Shown here: positions 40,374-53,450 of the stretch, piece after piece
Position numbering within the stretch: the stretch's first letter is position 1
Layout: every line of letters starts with the position of its first letter
Source: Octopus sinensis
Taxonomy: Eukaryota
Assembly: GCF_006345805.1 (NCBI RefSeq)
Contig: NC_042998.1
Location: 113,956,001 to 114,020,000, forward strand
DNA: 64,000 nucleotides
Reading direction: 5' to 3'
The notes under the pieces: model-generated
Seen by the model: the letters and a program-made list of their open reading frames with translations, nothing else
Told to the model about the DNA's origin: nothing
Database searches by the model: none
Made by a program: the position numbers and the translations under genes

Positions 40374-40508
40374 ATTTTCATTGCGTCTTATAACCTTTTC
40401 AATAGTGGTTGCAACCTTTTAATTAGTCGTTGACTCTGTCCAGACCATGTTATTAATAAAATATGAGAGTCAACGACTGTTGAAAAGGTTGCAAGATGCA
40501 ACGAAAAT
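40374..40508. repeat. Inverted repeat
   Basis: TTGCAACCTTTTAATTAGTCGTTGACTCT / AGAGTCAACGACTGTTGAAAAGGTTGCAA, with outer arms ATTTTCATTGCGTCTT / AAGATGCAACGAAAAT. Confidence 0.75.
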
Positions 40509-40839
40509 TTTAGAAAAATAAAAAAGAAAAATGTGGAAATTTTACCAGTGAGTGTGTTAAATTATAAGGCACTAAAAGAGAACGACTCTCCTCAGACACA
40601 ACAGAATATGCTTCAATACACGAACTCACATGAAGAATCTTGCAAACCAAATCCCCAAACTGAAATTTCAAAAGTGTAAGGTACTAATATCGAAGAAAAA
40701 CCAACGATAAACACTGGTATTTATGCACATGTGGAATTCCCAGTATCGTTAATTAATATAGAGCTAAACCGGTGTACATTTAGATAAATATCCTTAGGAA
40801 GAACAACCTCTTTCCACACATACATATTTAACACTCGTT

Positions 40840-40945
<106 letters not shown>

Positions 40946-41387
40946 TGTATGGTATGTATATACTTAATAGAAATCAGGATAAAACCATTTTATTGATTTT
41001 ATCGTGTAGCCAGCATGAGATAAAAAACTTGTAGGTAAATTGTATAATAAAATTAATAATTATATATATATATATATATTATATATATATATTTATATAA
41101 TTATATAATTATATTAAAGGGATCGGGAAATAACCTTCTCTAACATGCTGAAAGAAGACACTACAAGCGCTAAAAAGCCACTGTGATAACTCCTACAAAA
41201 ATACGGTTTGTGAGCGAGCAAATGAAAAGTACATAATAAAACTCCACAGTAAATTGTGTATTGGGTCCAATTTCGAGATTAATGCAGTAAAAATAGCTTA
41301 TTTCCTATCCTTACCACAATATCCGAAGAAACATAATCACAGATATTTATACATTTATATAATTATATATATAATTATTAATTTAAA

Positions 41388-41583
41388 GTTAATCCAAACA
41401 AGAAAGCACAAAAAACACAACAACGCGAGGACGTGGAATAAATATAGTATTATTGGACGCTCAGGAAAGAAGGAGGGTTTAACGTTCCGAGCGGAGCTCT
41501 TCGTCGGAAACATAGGAGAAGGAAAGATCCAGAGAAGGGAAGTCAGAGGGAAAAAAATCGCCAACGGTACACACGCGGTCACA
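41388..41583 (-). mobile_element. Short hammerhead-motif element, copy D
   Basis: Minus strand 41477-41511 reads GTTT-CCGACGA-A-GAGC-TCC-GCTC-GGAA-CG-TT-AAAC. Same subfamily as copy B. Confidence 0.8.
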
Positions 41584-41712
41584 AGGCGCAGGAGTGGCTG
41601 TGTGGTAAGAATAAGTACTTAGGCTTACAAAGAATAAATCCTGGGGTCGATTTGTTCGACTACATGTGGTGCTCCAGCGTAGCTGCAGTCAAATGACTGA
41701 AATAAGTAAAAG
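41584..41712 (+). mobile_element. Internally deleted tRNA SINE (head fused to tail)
   Basis: A-box-like head GGCGCAGGAGTGGCTGTGTGGTAAGA joined directly to the tail ATAAGTACT...CAGTCAAATGACTGAAATAAGTAAAAG. Confidence 0.75.
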
Positions 41713-41754
<42 letters not shown>

Positions 41755-41772
41755 GTGTGTGTGTGTGTGTGT

Positions 41773-41830
<58 letters not shown>

Positions 41831-41939
41831 GTGTATAGATATATATTTACCTGTAAATGTTGTAAATACAACTACATCATAGATATTGTGTAGATAGAGC
41901 GATACTATATCTAAATATTATCCCTACAATATTGTATCA

Positions 41940-42108
41940 TATCTCGTCTGTCTTAACGTTCTGAGTTCAAATTCCGCCGAGGTCGACTTTGCCTTTCATT
42001 CTTTCGGGGTCGATAAATGAAGTGCCAGTTGCGTACTGGCGTCGATCTAATCGACTGTCCTCCTCCACCAAAATTTCAAGTCGTGTGCCTAGAGTAGAAA
42101 AGAATATT
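41940..42108 (+). mobile_element. 5'-truncated tRNA SINE with a conserved central (Nin/Deu-like) domain
   Basis: B box GAGTTCAAATTCC followed by GAGGTCGACTTTGCCTTTCATTCTTTCGGGGTCGATAAA. Several other copies occur in the window. The domain name is from recall. Confidence 0.8.
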
Positions 42109-43588
42109 GTATAACATCTTATTATCGGGGTATACCATAAAATATATGGTTTATGGCATAAACCATTATAACAAGACAGAAAACGTCTATGATAGTTCTA
42201 TACTCAACTATACTTCATAACTTTAGGGGATATGTCTAACCTTTTTAATTGAATCTTCAATAATACAGTTACTGCCGTTTGCTCAGCTCATCCGTGGCAA
42301 AACGAGGAATCGTAGAGTCAAAGGCGTCTTAATGAGATTAAGTTAGACTAAATTATTTAGCGTACCCTCTTCTTAAGACGATAGAGTGATATGAGATATA
42401 TTTGACCGTTATTTCTAGCATGTTGAGTGTCTACTCACCACAGTTTTATCTTTCTCCGAAGAAACCTAAGTTAAAATGACTCCAGTGTGATTTGATCGCA
42501 GAACTTAACTAAATATTATGTGTTATTTGTTTGCAAAGAGCTAGCGACTGAGCCACACACTACACCCACAAGGTTTAGAGTGCGTTAGACTATTAGCTCG
42601 ATATTTCTTACATTTATTCTTTTTCATTTTTTCCTTCTTTTTGCTTTGTTTGGGATAAGGAATTGCTTGATCCGGTCAAAGAAATATATTTGATTTCAAA
42701 GATTATTTCCATGTTAAGCCTGGAGCAATCAATTATTAAAACGTATGAAATGGAATCTAAGAATTATTTCATCATTAATACGATATAGTCTTTCACCTCT
42801 TTATATTTTCTTATTTCAATTCTCTCTCAACGGTTTTCAAATGACTCATTGTCTGCCATGAGCAAAAGAACATTGCTGGTTTTACAGTCAGTCTGAAATA
42901 TTCTTTACAGATTACGAAAATCTACGAAGAAACGGACATTTTAAAGACAAGGAAAAACCTCCAGGATTTCGATAAAGCAAACGAATAAAGAAAAGCTTTA
43001 AATTCGTTATTCACTGCGTTACTGAGGGCATAGAATTTTCTGTAGCGTTTTCGACGGTAAATTTTCTCTTCGATTCGCTGGAAGGCATTTAGGTAAATAC
43101 CACATCGGTTAAAATTTGCTCCTTTTTCTGTTGTTTCAATTTGAAAAATGCCGCTTTATGAGATATGTATATCTTTAAGTGAGTTATGAAGAATTTTACA
43201 GAGAAAGAACAAGAGACATCAAGGCTTTGTACAGTTCAAAATTGTCTTTGTTCAAAATACGGCAACACATCAAATAAGTTTATTATGCATCAAGGAATGT
43301 AACTGAAATATCGATTATAGATTTTTTTAAAACTTAACAATTTCAAATAGCTTTATTGTACTTATTATGTCGAACAAGAATACAAATTTGAACTCATACT
43401 GTTCATTTCGAAATTTTTCTTCGCTATATCAAATATATTTGTTTCTTCAATATTTTAGCATAACTGGATTGTATATTGTGTATTTTATTCTGGTACTTTC
43501 TATTTAAAACTTTCCTTTAACTTATCCATTCAGAAGAGAGTTTTATATGTATGTATGTACGTATATAAAAACATATATTAATATATAT

Positions 43589-43622
<34 letters not shown>

Positions 43623-44298
43623 ATTTTATATTTACATATGCATATATACATATAATATACATACATACACACACACAAACTGAAACGCACGCGCAGACAC
43701 TAAAACACACGCAGGCATATAAACACACACACACGGACACCTGTACGCACACACACACACGCGCGCGCGCGTGCGCGCACACACGAGTTTTCTTCAAACT
43801 GTCATATTTAAAAGAAAATATTAAAAAACAGTGAAAGCAAGCTTAGTTTACCAGTTGAACATTGGAAACGACTAACTTACAGTATTGTAAATGGGAGCCT
43901 TTCAATTATAGGGTATTAAAGAATACTCTACACTTGTACTTAGCCCTGTAACATGCAACTTCTGAAAAATCAACGCATACATACATACATACATACATAC
44001 ATACATACATACATACATACACACACCAACATAATACATGCACTTTTTATTTGATCTTCACTTTAATTTTATTATTACTATTTTTAGTTTATTTGTGTGT
44101 CAAAGATCTTTCGCCAAACATCCCGTGCTCTCTTCAACCACTTTCTGTTCCATTCCATTTTTGTCTTTCAGGAATCTTACAAAAATACATGAATACACAC
44201 ACACACATACATGTATGTGTGTATGTGTGTATGTGTGTGTGTGTGTAGTTAGTTTTAAAATCTCTGAAAGAAATTGATTTAGTAACAGTACTAAACAG

Positions 44299-44520
44299 TA
44301 ATGTTTGTTGCCAATTTTACATGGCTATTCCATGCAGAAAAATTTTAGAACATTTTAACCCCCGGAAAACATCTATTCCAGCTGCTGGAAAGGGAGTGGT
44401 CCATTCGCTTACTAGCAATATAACAGTCGCAGGTTGTGTGTCATCGTAAAACAGATGGAAAAAATGTTTCCCTGGGGTTAAAATGTAGTAACATTTAAAA
44501 TGTAGCGGCAACAAACATTA
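44299..44520. mobile_element. MITE-like inverted repeat element
   Basis: TAATGTTTGTTGCC / GGCAACAAACATTA termini with inner arms ACATTTTAACCCC.GGAAAACAT / ATGTTTCCCTGGGGTTAAAATGT. Confidence 0.65.
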
Positions 44521-44836
44521 TAAACACTATATATATATATGAATGTAGACAAATGTTTACTGAATACATTAACCTAACCAAATGTATTTCTTTCTCAGGA
44601 GGTAACGTAAACAATGAATATTTTATGAACTCCGAGAGCATTTAAGATATAATAAATTACATTTAAATTTGTACCTAAAATTCTCAATCAACTTCAATTT
44701 GGCCTACTTCGGGTCTAGGAAATATAATCCATTGAGATAGTCTATTCATCTTCCCTCGTAAGATCAATCATGGTTATAGACAAATAGACCAATACATTGT
44801 TTATTCCAGTCATAAGCCATATAGAAGCTGTGATCA

Positions 44837-44990
44837 CGCAACCATGTTTGTGTGATCAAGAAGTTAACTTTGCAAAATATGATTCAGAATTCGATCCCTC
44901 TACGTGGCACTTGGGACAATGTTTTTTTTTTACACAAGCCTAGGGTTAACCAAAGCTCTGAGATTGAAATTTATGAGAAGGTGTTTAGAA
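44837..44990 (+). mobile_element. Degenerate 5' half of an octopus-type tRNA SINE
   Basis: B-box-like GAATTCGATCCC, then CGTGGCACTTGGG..AATG and ACCAAAGCTCTG. Confidence 0.45.
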
Positions 44991-45829
44991 GACATTTGAG
45001 AGACCATTCCCCCTAATGTGCAGTAGCCTTAATAATTCCACTAATATAACAACACCAGCTCTTTGAGCTTTTAGTGGAGTCTTTACGGTTGCAAAATGTT
45101 CGTTCTAGTTTTCTTCGACCTGATATTTTTCTCCTTCCTCTCTTCCTCTCATTAGTCTCAGAAGTTCTGAAAAGATTCACCAGTTCTGCCTTTCATCACT
45201 CGACTAAAGTATTAGAAAGAAAATATAGACAATATACGGAAACTATGTGCAATTTCAATTTCAGGTTGAAAACATTTTACTGCACGAACATGTTTCGGAA
45301 AGAGGAAAAGAACGTTATAATTCTCATCTCTCCATCATTTAGAATACTGCACCTTATTAATTAGTGAAAAATAAAACTGATAACTCTAAAATTAAGTAAT
45401 TCCCGGAAAATTTCAATCACTGCACATTTTAAATCGTGGATTGACTTTTCATTTCATTTAGATCAGACATTCTACAGGAGAAATGAACGTTACATATTCC
45501 TTTTCCTCTCCCTGATAATATTTTATTTATCATAATTAAGAATAACTGTTGAAGGTCTTTCATATCCTGAATTGTAAAATGTTTGATTAATTGTATTGAT
45601 GTCATGAAAATTTTAATTGATATGTATGATCATAAATTTCTTTATAGGCTTAACATCGTCGGTTACTGACGGCACTAATAAACTAAAATTATCGTGATTA
45701 TTCTAGGTAAAAATTTCACTGGAGTCTGATCTTCTTACATTCTCCAGAGTATAAGGGTGACTGAAGTCGGAATTGTAAATTAATAAGGTACTTACCTATT
45801 TTCAGTTATGATGATATCTGCTGTCATGA

Positions 45830-46740
45830 TTAACCTAGGTCATGTATCTTTCTGGTAATGCAAATATATCTACAGGTTTCAACTAGTTTTCGAAGTTTAC
45901 ACTGGTCATCTTGATGGAGTCAGTGTTTTTCAGACTACAGCTGAAAAACTCAAGTTTTATAATTGGTTTTACTGTGATAGACGGAATCTAGTGTCCCCTA
46001 CATTGAAGCGGGGGTTGTTGTTGAGTTTTCCTTCCTTTAAACACATGTGCCAGGACTTTGCAGGTTTGAACTTCAGCTATGTCCATGCTACAAGATTTTT
46101 ATTTCCCAATGAATGCACTTATCTCTCTGGAATGCTGGTATTGTTTCCGTGAGATCAAAGAAGGTGCTGTTGGATAGTTACCTCACTTTTGTGTCGTGGA
46201 GATTTCTGCATTCCTTTTCTGCTGACATGTGCATGTTCATTGCCAACGGAAAGAGAATCACTGAGATGGTGAATCCTGTAATCATCCCCAGATCTTGTTG
46301 ATGCCAGTCTCATATCAGCTGGCCACAGAAAACCCTCAACTTGAACTTGCTGTCGTAATCCTTGATGGGGTATTTCACTTTCTGGGGTACATGGTGCCAC
46401 TCTAGTGCAACTTCAAACCGCTTGTGTGGTATCGAGTCACAGGCATTGAGCAGGTGTGATTTCGTCTGACCTGCCGTTGATCTTTAATGAGCTGGGTCAC
46501 CGCTCCTGTGTTTTCAAAGTAGCCGATTTAACCTGGCATACCTCGCTTCCGTATCAACGCGTCGATGTAGCTAAAGTGCAGTGGAAAGTTAGTAAGTTTC
46601 TTGTACACAATGGCGAAAAAGTATTTTGCTCTCCACGCTGAATAAGATGAAGGGAAATTGATATATATTCTTGGCATTCTCCCCTTTGGTATGCGTAGCC
46701 TTTCAGCCTGCCTTTCTGATTAAGCAACTTACACTTTCTT
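45830..46740 (-). pseudogene. Degenerate reverse transcriptase fragment of a Hero-clade (RLE-type) LINE
   Basis: Minus-strand translation with frameshifts gives IPKGENAKNIYQF, SVESK, ENTGAVTQLIK, NACDSIPHKRFEVALEWHHVP, GMITGFTISVILFPLAMNM, LKFKPAKS and IPSITVKP, collinear with recalled Hero RT. Confidence 0.75.
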
Positions 46741-46758
46741 CAAAATTACACACACACA

Positions 46759-48434
46759 ATAAAGGCTATAGATGAAATGAAAACAGACTCAGCTACTGGC
46801 CCCGATGGATTCCCGGCAATCCTCCTAAAAGTATGTAAGAGAGTCCTAGCAAGACCACTGCAGTTCCTCTTTCAGAGCTTCCTTGCAACTGGCAAACTTC
46901 CAAGAAAACTGAAGGAAGGTAAAATATGCCCTATTCATAAAGGAGGTAGCAGAGCGGAGGCCAAGAACTACAGACCTATCTCTCTGACCTCACACACCAG
47001 CAAGGTCATGGAACGAATAGTCAGAAAGAAACTGATCACCTTCCTTGAAGAAAATGACTTGCTGCCTGACACCCAACATGGTTTCCGACCAGGAAGAAGC
47101 TGCTTAACTCAGCTCCTACAACACTATGACTGGGTGCTGAAACGACTGCTCAACCACTCAAATGTGGAAGTGATATATCTCGACTTTGCAAAGGCCTTTG
47201 ATAAAGTCGATCATGGAATGATATGTCACAAACTGCGTGATCTTAGCATAGTTGGGAAACTGGGAGAATTGCTTCATGACTTTCTAGAAGTCAGGTGGTA
47301 GTAGCCAATGGGGCCACTTCCATTAACACGCAAATAGTGAGCGGTGTTCCGCAGGGCACTGTTCTGGGACCACTACTGTTCATAATGGCCCTCTCAGACA
47401 TGCCCTCAGCCACGCAGAGAGCCATGATCTCAAGTTATGGAGATGATACAAAAGTTTCACAGGGAATACAGAACCCTGAGGACACTAAACGCCTGCAATG
47501 TGAGCTGGACAAAATATACAAGTGGGCTGAAAAGAATAGCATGCAGTTCAATGCTGAAAAGTTTCAAGCTTTATACTATCAGCATGCAAAATTAAATGCA
47601 ATACCCAATGAATACACTGGACCCGGAGGAATTGCAATCCCAGAGGCACAATCAGTGCGTGACCTGGGTATTTACATGAGTGATGACGCAACCTTTCGTG
47701 TACATGTTGCTAAATTGGCAATGAAATGTAGACGACTGGCCGGATGGATTCTTAGAACCTTTAGAACAAGAGAACAAGAAACCATGATGGTCCTCTGGAG
47801 GACACTTGTCCTAAGCCACTTTGACTATTGCTCTCAGCTATGGCCACCATCCAGTGTCAAGTTGATCACAGAACTTGAGGCGATCCAGCGTAGCTACACG
47901 AAGAAGATAGCCTCTGTGCAGAATATAAGCTACTGGGAAAGACTCAAGAGATTAAAACTCTATTCCTTGGAGCGTAGGCGAGAAAGATATGCCATAATAT
48001 ACATCTGGAAGATCCTGGAAGGACTTGTCCCAAACATTGGCATCGAGACTTACACAAATGCCAGAACTGGGCGCCACTGCGTGGTGCCAAGGACTCCAAA
48101 TTTGCCATCAAGATGTAGGACAAGATACTGTGATAGCCTGGGCTTCCGAGGCCCACAGCTCTTCAATATCCTCCCGAAGAACCTAAGAGACCTGCATGGG
48201 GTGGATGCAGATGTCTTTAAAATGAAACTGGATCTCTTCTTGTCAGGTATCCCAGATGAACCAACTTCACAGCAGGAGGTGCAGATGAGGGCAGCTGCAT
48301 CGAACTCTCTCATGCACCAAATGGCAGTTGCTAAAAAGCATTCGTGAAGTAAAACCATGTAGCAACACCAAATGGCGGTGCCCCAGCATGGCCACAGCTC
48401 GTGAGCTGAAACTAGAATCAATCAATCAATCAAT
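46759..48434 (+). mobile_element. 5'-truncated CR1-group LINE, relatively young copy
   Basis: RT ORF remnants, short 3' UTR and (AATC)n tail at 48416-48434. Flanked on both sides by ACACACACACA (46748-46758 and from 48442), a possible TSD. Confidence 0.9.
46777..48347 (+). pseudogene. LINE ORF2 reverse transcriptase, one frameshift near 47290
   Basis: Motifs GPDG, NYRPISLTS, QHGFRPGRSC, YLDFAKAFDKVDH, GVPQGTVLGPLLF, YGDD (YADD variant) and LYSLERRR across ORFs 46777-47301 and 47295-48347. Confidence 0.95.
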
Positions 48435-48874
48435 GAAAAAAACACACACACACAGCGGGATATGAACTAATAAAATGACAAGGCAACACGTATTATGTTA
48501 TCAAATTCACTAGCATACATATGTTTTTTCTACAAGATGCACTGCACTCAAATCTGAGTCACTGTGCGTCATCTTAGGGGAGAAACATCTGAATGTGAAT
48601 GAAGTTAACTGCATAATTCCTGCTTCCATGCCATTCATTTAATTTATATTACACTCTGTATTCGCCTAACGATTTATCATGAATCATAATTATATAGAGT
48701 TCTAAACGAAGCCCGAACTCCCAAACAAACACTTACATATGAGATATTTTGTTGGAAACATTAACGAGGAAAAGAGACACATGATTACCTCAGATATTAT
48801 CTGTAAAGCGAAAACACATTTGCATGTTACAATACAATTTTACTTTATAATTGCAAACTGGTGCAAATATCAGA

Positions 48875-49097
48875 TAATATTGGTTTCAATTTTTGGCACA
48901 AGGTCAACAATTGAGGGAGAGGGGATAAGTCATTTACAATGACCTCAATACTCAACTGGTACATATTTGATCGATTCCGAAAGGATGAAAGGTAAGGTCG
49001 ACGTCGGCGGAATTTGAACTTCGAAAATAAAGAGGGACAAAATGGCGCAAAGCATTTTGCTCGGTGTGCTAACGATTCTTCCAGCTCGCCTCCTTAA
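48875..49097 (-). mobile_element. Full-length tRNA SINE (family of 41940-42108)
   Basis: Minus-strand head AAGGAGGCGAGCTGGAAGAATCGTTAGCAC, B box GTTCAAATTCC and core CTTTCATCCTTTCGG. Confidence 0.8.
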
Positions 49098-49122
49098 AGA
49101 ATCCGATAATTTTACGATCAGT

Positions 49123-49442
49123 GAAAGCGTGCAGTTTAATGGTTAGGGTATTCAGCTCACGGTCGTAAGATGGTGAGTTCAATTCCCGGTGACGCGTTGT
49201 GTCCTTGAGCAATACACTTTATTTTTCCGTTGCTCCAGTCCATATAGTTGGCAAAATTGACTAGTACCTGTATTTCAAAGAGTCAACCTTGTCATACTCT
49301 GTGTCACTCTGAGTCTCCATAGGAACTACATTAAGGGTTCGCATATCTGCGGAGTGCTCAGCCATATGCATGTTAATTTCACGAGCAGGCTGCTCCGTTG
49401 ACAGGATAGACTGGAACCCTCGTCGTCGTAACCGACGGGGTT
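49123..49442 (+). mobile_element. Full-length tRNA SINE
   Basis: A-box-like GTTTAATGGTTAGG, B box GAGTTCAATTCCC and GTGTCCTTGAGCAATACACTT. Tail shared with 7497-7765 and 50105-50270. Confidence 0.8.
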
Positions 49443-49824
49443 TCAAGGAATATTACTATCATATTTTAATATGGTAGAATGGCAGTAGATATATATAGTA
49501 GAATTCCGTACCAAATACATACCTAAATATATTAAGCTGTGTTTTTTGGGCCATGTAAATGAAAGAATGAATAGATTAGAAAGTAAAACAATCTGGCGGT
49601 ACTCATCTACATTATGTTGGTGGTCAATGAATAATATAAAGGCTAGACCGAGCAGAGTAGTTTTGGTGTCGTTTAGCTATGATTATTTACGTCTGAGTAC
49701 AAATACACCAAGGTTTAAATTACCAATATTTAAATGGCCTACAATACCCAGCAGTCATAGGTCACCATTATAATGAGGTATATATAAAAAAAAAGAAAAA
49801 TATAAAACTCATTCTCGAACTTAT

Positions 49825-50070
49825 ATGACTGGAAAGGTCAGATTCCTGGTTTCTGTGACGTATAAAATCCCGCTCCACCATATATTCCCCCAGCTGGACG
49901 GGACGCCGGTCACTCACATGATTATTCATTTCTGCCAACTGAACGGACTTAAGCAGTATGGAATAAAGTGTTTTGCACCAAAACACAACTCCTTGCCCGG
50001 TCCAGGGAATTGAAACCCCAACCATACGATCATGAGTTTAACAACCAAACCACTAACTAATACACCTCCG
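49825..50070 (-). mobile_element. tRNA SINE with related head and different tail
   Basis: Minus strand TAGTTAGTGGTTTGG...GTTTCAATTCCCTGG...GTGTTTTGGTGCAAAACACTTTATT. Confidence 0.6.
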
Positions 50071-50104
50071 CTAATGATGTAAATCCATTACATAAAAGCA
50101 CGAA

Positions 50105-50270
50105 ACTGTGTATCACGCCGAGTCTCTCCGAGAACTATATTAAGGGTACGTATATCTGTGGAGTGCTCAGCCACATGTATGTTAATTTCTCGAGCAGGAG
50201 GATGTTCCGTTGACAGAATAGACTGGAACCCTCGTCGTGGTATTCGACTGGGACCCTCCTCGTCGTAATC
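50105..50270 (+). mobile_element. 3' fragment of the 49123-49442 SINE family
   Basis: Strong similarity to 49298-49430, with a small terminal duplication GACTGG.ACCCTC.TCGTCGT. Confidence 0.8.
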
Positions 50271-50583
50271 CATTATATAAAAGCACGAAGTTTCAGTTAT
50301 GCGTCCAAGGGTTATTAATACGCTTAAGCAAACTTTTACAGCTAGATCCTGTTGGATGTGAAAATCTTTCAACATTGACTATTTATAAATCCGCGGAAAC
50401 CAGCAAAAATACCAGTCAAATACTGTGTTGATTCCATTCACTGATTCGGTACTAAAATCTAAGTGATATATCAATATTTATTATTTAAATTCTTTCAATG
50501 AGTTGCCTTAAAAAAAATAAAGTAACTTGGCAGACGATATATAATTTATTATATAGAATACTAGCATATATACTTTCAACTGA

Positions 50584-50711
<128 letters not shown>

Positions 50712-50751
50712 CACCTATCAATCTATCTATCTATCTATCTGTCTATCTATA

Positions 50752-50818
<67 letters not shown>

Positions 50819-51608
50819 GTCTGAGTACATATGCGTATAAATATAAGCAGACATACTACATAATACATGCATGCATGCATACATACATACATAGATACAT
50901 AGATACATACATACATACATACATACATACATACATACATACATACATACATACATACATACGTATATATGTGGACGTTATATTGAAAAATATTCAAAAT
51001 TGAGACGATTTATAGAAAATATATAATTTATCCACAGATGTGTTTCGCTAAATCAATCATGTCATTTCTGATTTGGAATACGAAAAGTTGCTGTCCTTCC
51101 GTTTATGAAGACGACGGCCTATGTCACATCCAAAAACAAATAATGAAACAAAGAACTGTTATGGTAAATCTGACCAAATAATCCAAGGAAACGAAGACAA
51201 TCTAAAGAAGGATAGGAAGGAGGAGCCGGAGAAAGGCAAATGGAAGAGGTATTAGTTAGATTGATGTTAGATCGTATATTGAGAATATGACAATTGGGAA
51301 TCGACGGTATATTGTGTTCATTATGAAAGAGAAGAATGAAATAAAAGTCGGAAAGTCAACGTGATTGGGAGAGTAGGTGAGAGAGAGAAAGAGACAGAGA
51401 GAGAGAGACAGAGACAGACGGATAGACAGAAAGAGAGCTAGAGAGAGCAAGAATGGTAGGGTGAGAGAGAGGGTGAGAGAGGAAGAAAGTGAGAGACAGA
51501 AACAAAATATATATAAATACGTATTATATATATATATATATATATATAAAATCTACACATACATATACATACGTACGTACATATATAAATACATGCATAC
51601 ATACATAC

Positions 51609-51649
<41 letters not shown>

Positions 51650-51800
51650 GCATACGTACATATATACATAAACATACACACATACATACATACATACATA
51701 CATACATACGTACGCATGTGCGGGCGTATGTGTGTGTGCGTATCTGTATATGCATGGATGAGATAGAGAACTTAGAAAAACAGAAAGAGAAAGTGTGTGA

Positions 51801-51852
<52 letters not shown>

Positions 51853-52186
51853 GAGCGAGAGAGATAGACAGAGAGATAAAGACAGAAAGAGAGACTGAAT
51901 AAATAGTGTACAATTCGATAAAAGGAAGAAATTTAAAAGCAATAAAAAAAATAAGGACGATAGAGTAAGACAAAGAATAAATGAAACAGATTTAGCCATG
52001 GAAATATATTTGGCAGACGTTTTAAACTGGCCATCTTGTTGAGAGAGAAAATAAACTTCTGATAACAGACGACAGCGGAGAAGGTGATTGGTGTAATGGT
52101 GTTAATGTGTGTGTGAATATAAGCAAAATAGGGGAAACAGAAAGAGTGGCATAGAAAGGAAGTGAGAGAGAAGAGAGGGAGAGAGA

Positions 52187-52251
<65 letters not shown>

Positions 52252-52631
52252 TTTAAGTTAACCATAGAAATAGTGAGACAGATGGAGGCGATAGTAAAGG
52301 GAGAGACCGAAGTATGTGATAGAAGGAGACTGAAAGAAAGAGAAAAAGATAGAGTGTGTTTGTGAGAGAGAGAGAGAGAGAGAAAGAGAGAGGGATTCAG
52401 AGAGACTGATAAAACAAGTGAGTGTGAGACATGGGAAAGAGATATAGAAAGAGAAAGTAAAGGAGAAACAAAAAATGATAGCTATAGGGAAAATGAAAGA
52501 GAAATAGTGACAACGAGAAAGGGGAGCAAAAGGAATGGGAGAGAAAGTTATATTACGATAAACGAACTGTTAGAGAAAGAAAAATGGAAGCCAGAATAAA
52601 GTGAAAAGTAGCAAGAGAGAAAGAGGGGAAG

Positions 52632-52713
<82 letters not shown>

Positions 52714-53179
52714 AAAAAGTGAAAGAGAATGTTTAGGAAAGGGTAATAATCAAAAATAAAATAATCAAAAGAGTAAATTAACAATAGAGACAAAAAAGAA
52801 TGAGAAGAAGAATGTGAAAGAAGAAGAATGTGAAAGAAGTAGAAGAGAGAAAGAAAAAGATTTAATAACAAGAAAACGGAGAGAAAAAGTGGGAAGGGAA
52901 AAGTTAGAAACTGAAGAAACCTATTCATATTAGTTAGATACAGCAGGAGTTATTAACTTATAAGGAAAGAGAAAGCGACAGGGGGAGAAAGAAAAAGAGC
53001 AGTGCAGATAATTGAAGAAGGGAATGGCTAAGCTGGAGATAGAAGACAGAAAAAAGAGAGAGACATAGGAAAATATACTGAGAGCCAAAGAGAGAATAGA
53101 GTGGGGTTGACATACAGAAAGAACAAAAAGGTTAGCCAAGAAAAGAATGAAAGAGTGAGAAACATCTTAAATATTTGAA

Positions 53180-53450
53180 AAGAAGCCATTTGCTTTTGTT
53201 GTGGATTAGCGTAATGAGTGTATAATAGCTCTAGAATACATCTTGTCATTGGCAAGCGTAGAGCAAAATTGATGTTCCAACATTGCCGTAACAAAGTTAG
53301 CTGGGAGCGCGTGGCCGGCCGCAATGGCGGCTATCTGCCAGAACATTCTTCACGTTGAACTTGTTGTTAGCTTTATTAAGCACGCCATACTCTCCCCGTG
53401 TCTTTTATTAATATTTTTCAAGCCGAGTATGGGGCTAAAATTGAGAGAAA
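53180..53450. promoter_or_regulatory. Candidate conserved non-coding element
   Basis: GC-enriched non-repetitive island after a long purine tract. YY1-like AATGGCGGC at 53323, AACAAAG (Sox/TCF-like) and TTTATTA motifs. Confidence 0.3.

Noticed and set aside
47944-48421. Minus-strand ORFs of 70 and 123 aa
   Set aside because: Antisense shadows of the LINE RT coding region.
49123-49200. tRNA-like A and B boxes
   Set aside because: No full cloverleaf, and it continues into a repeated SINE body, so it is not a tRNA gene.
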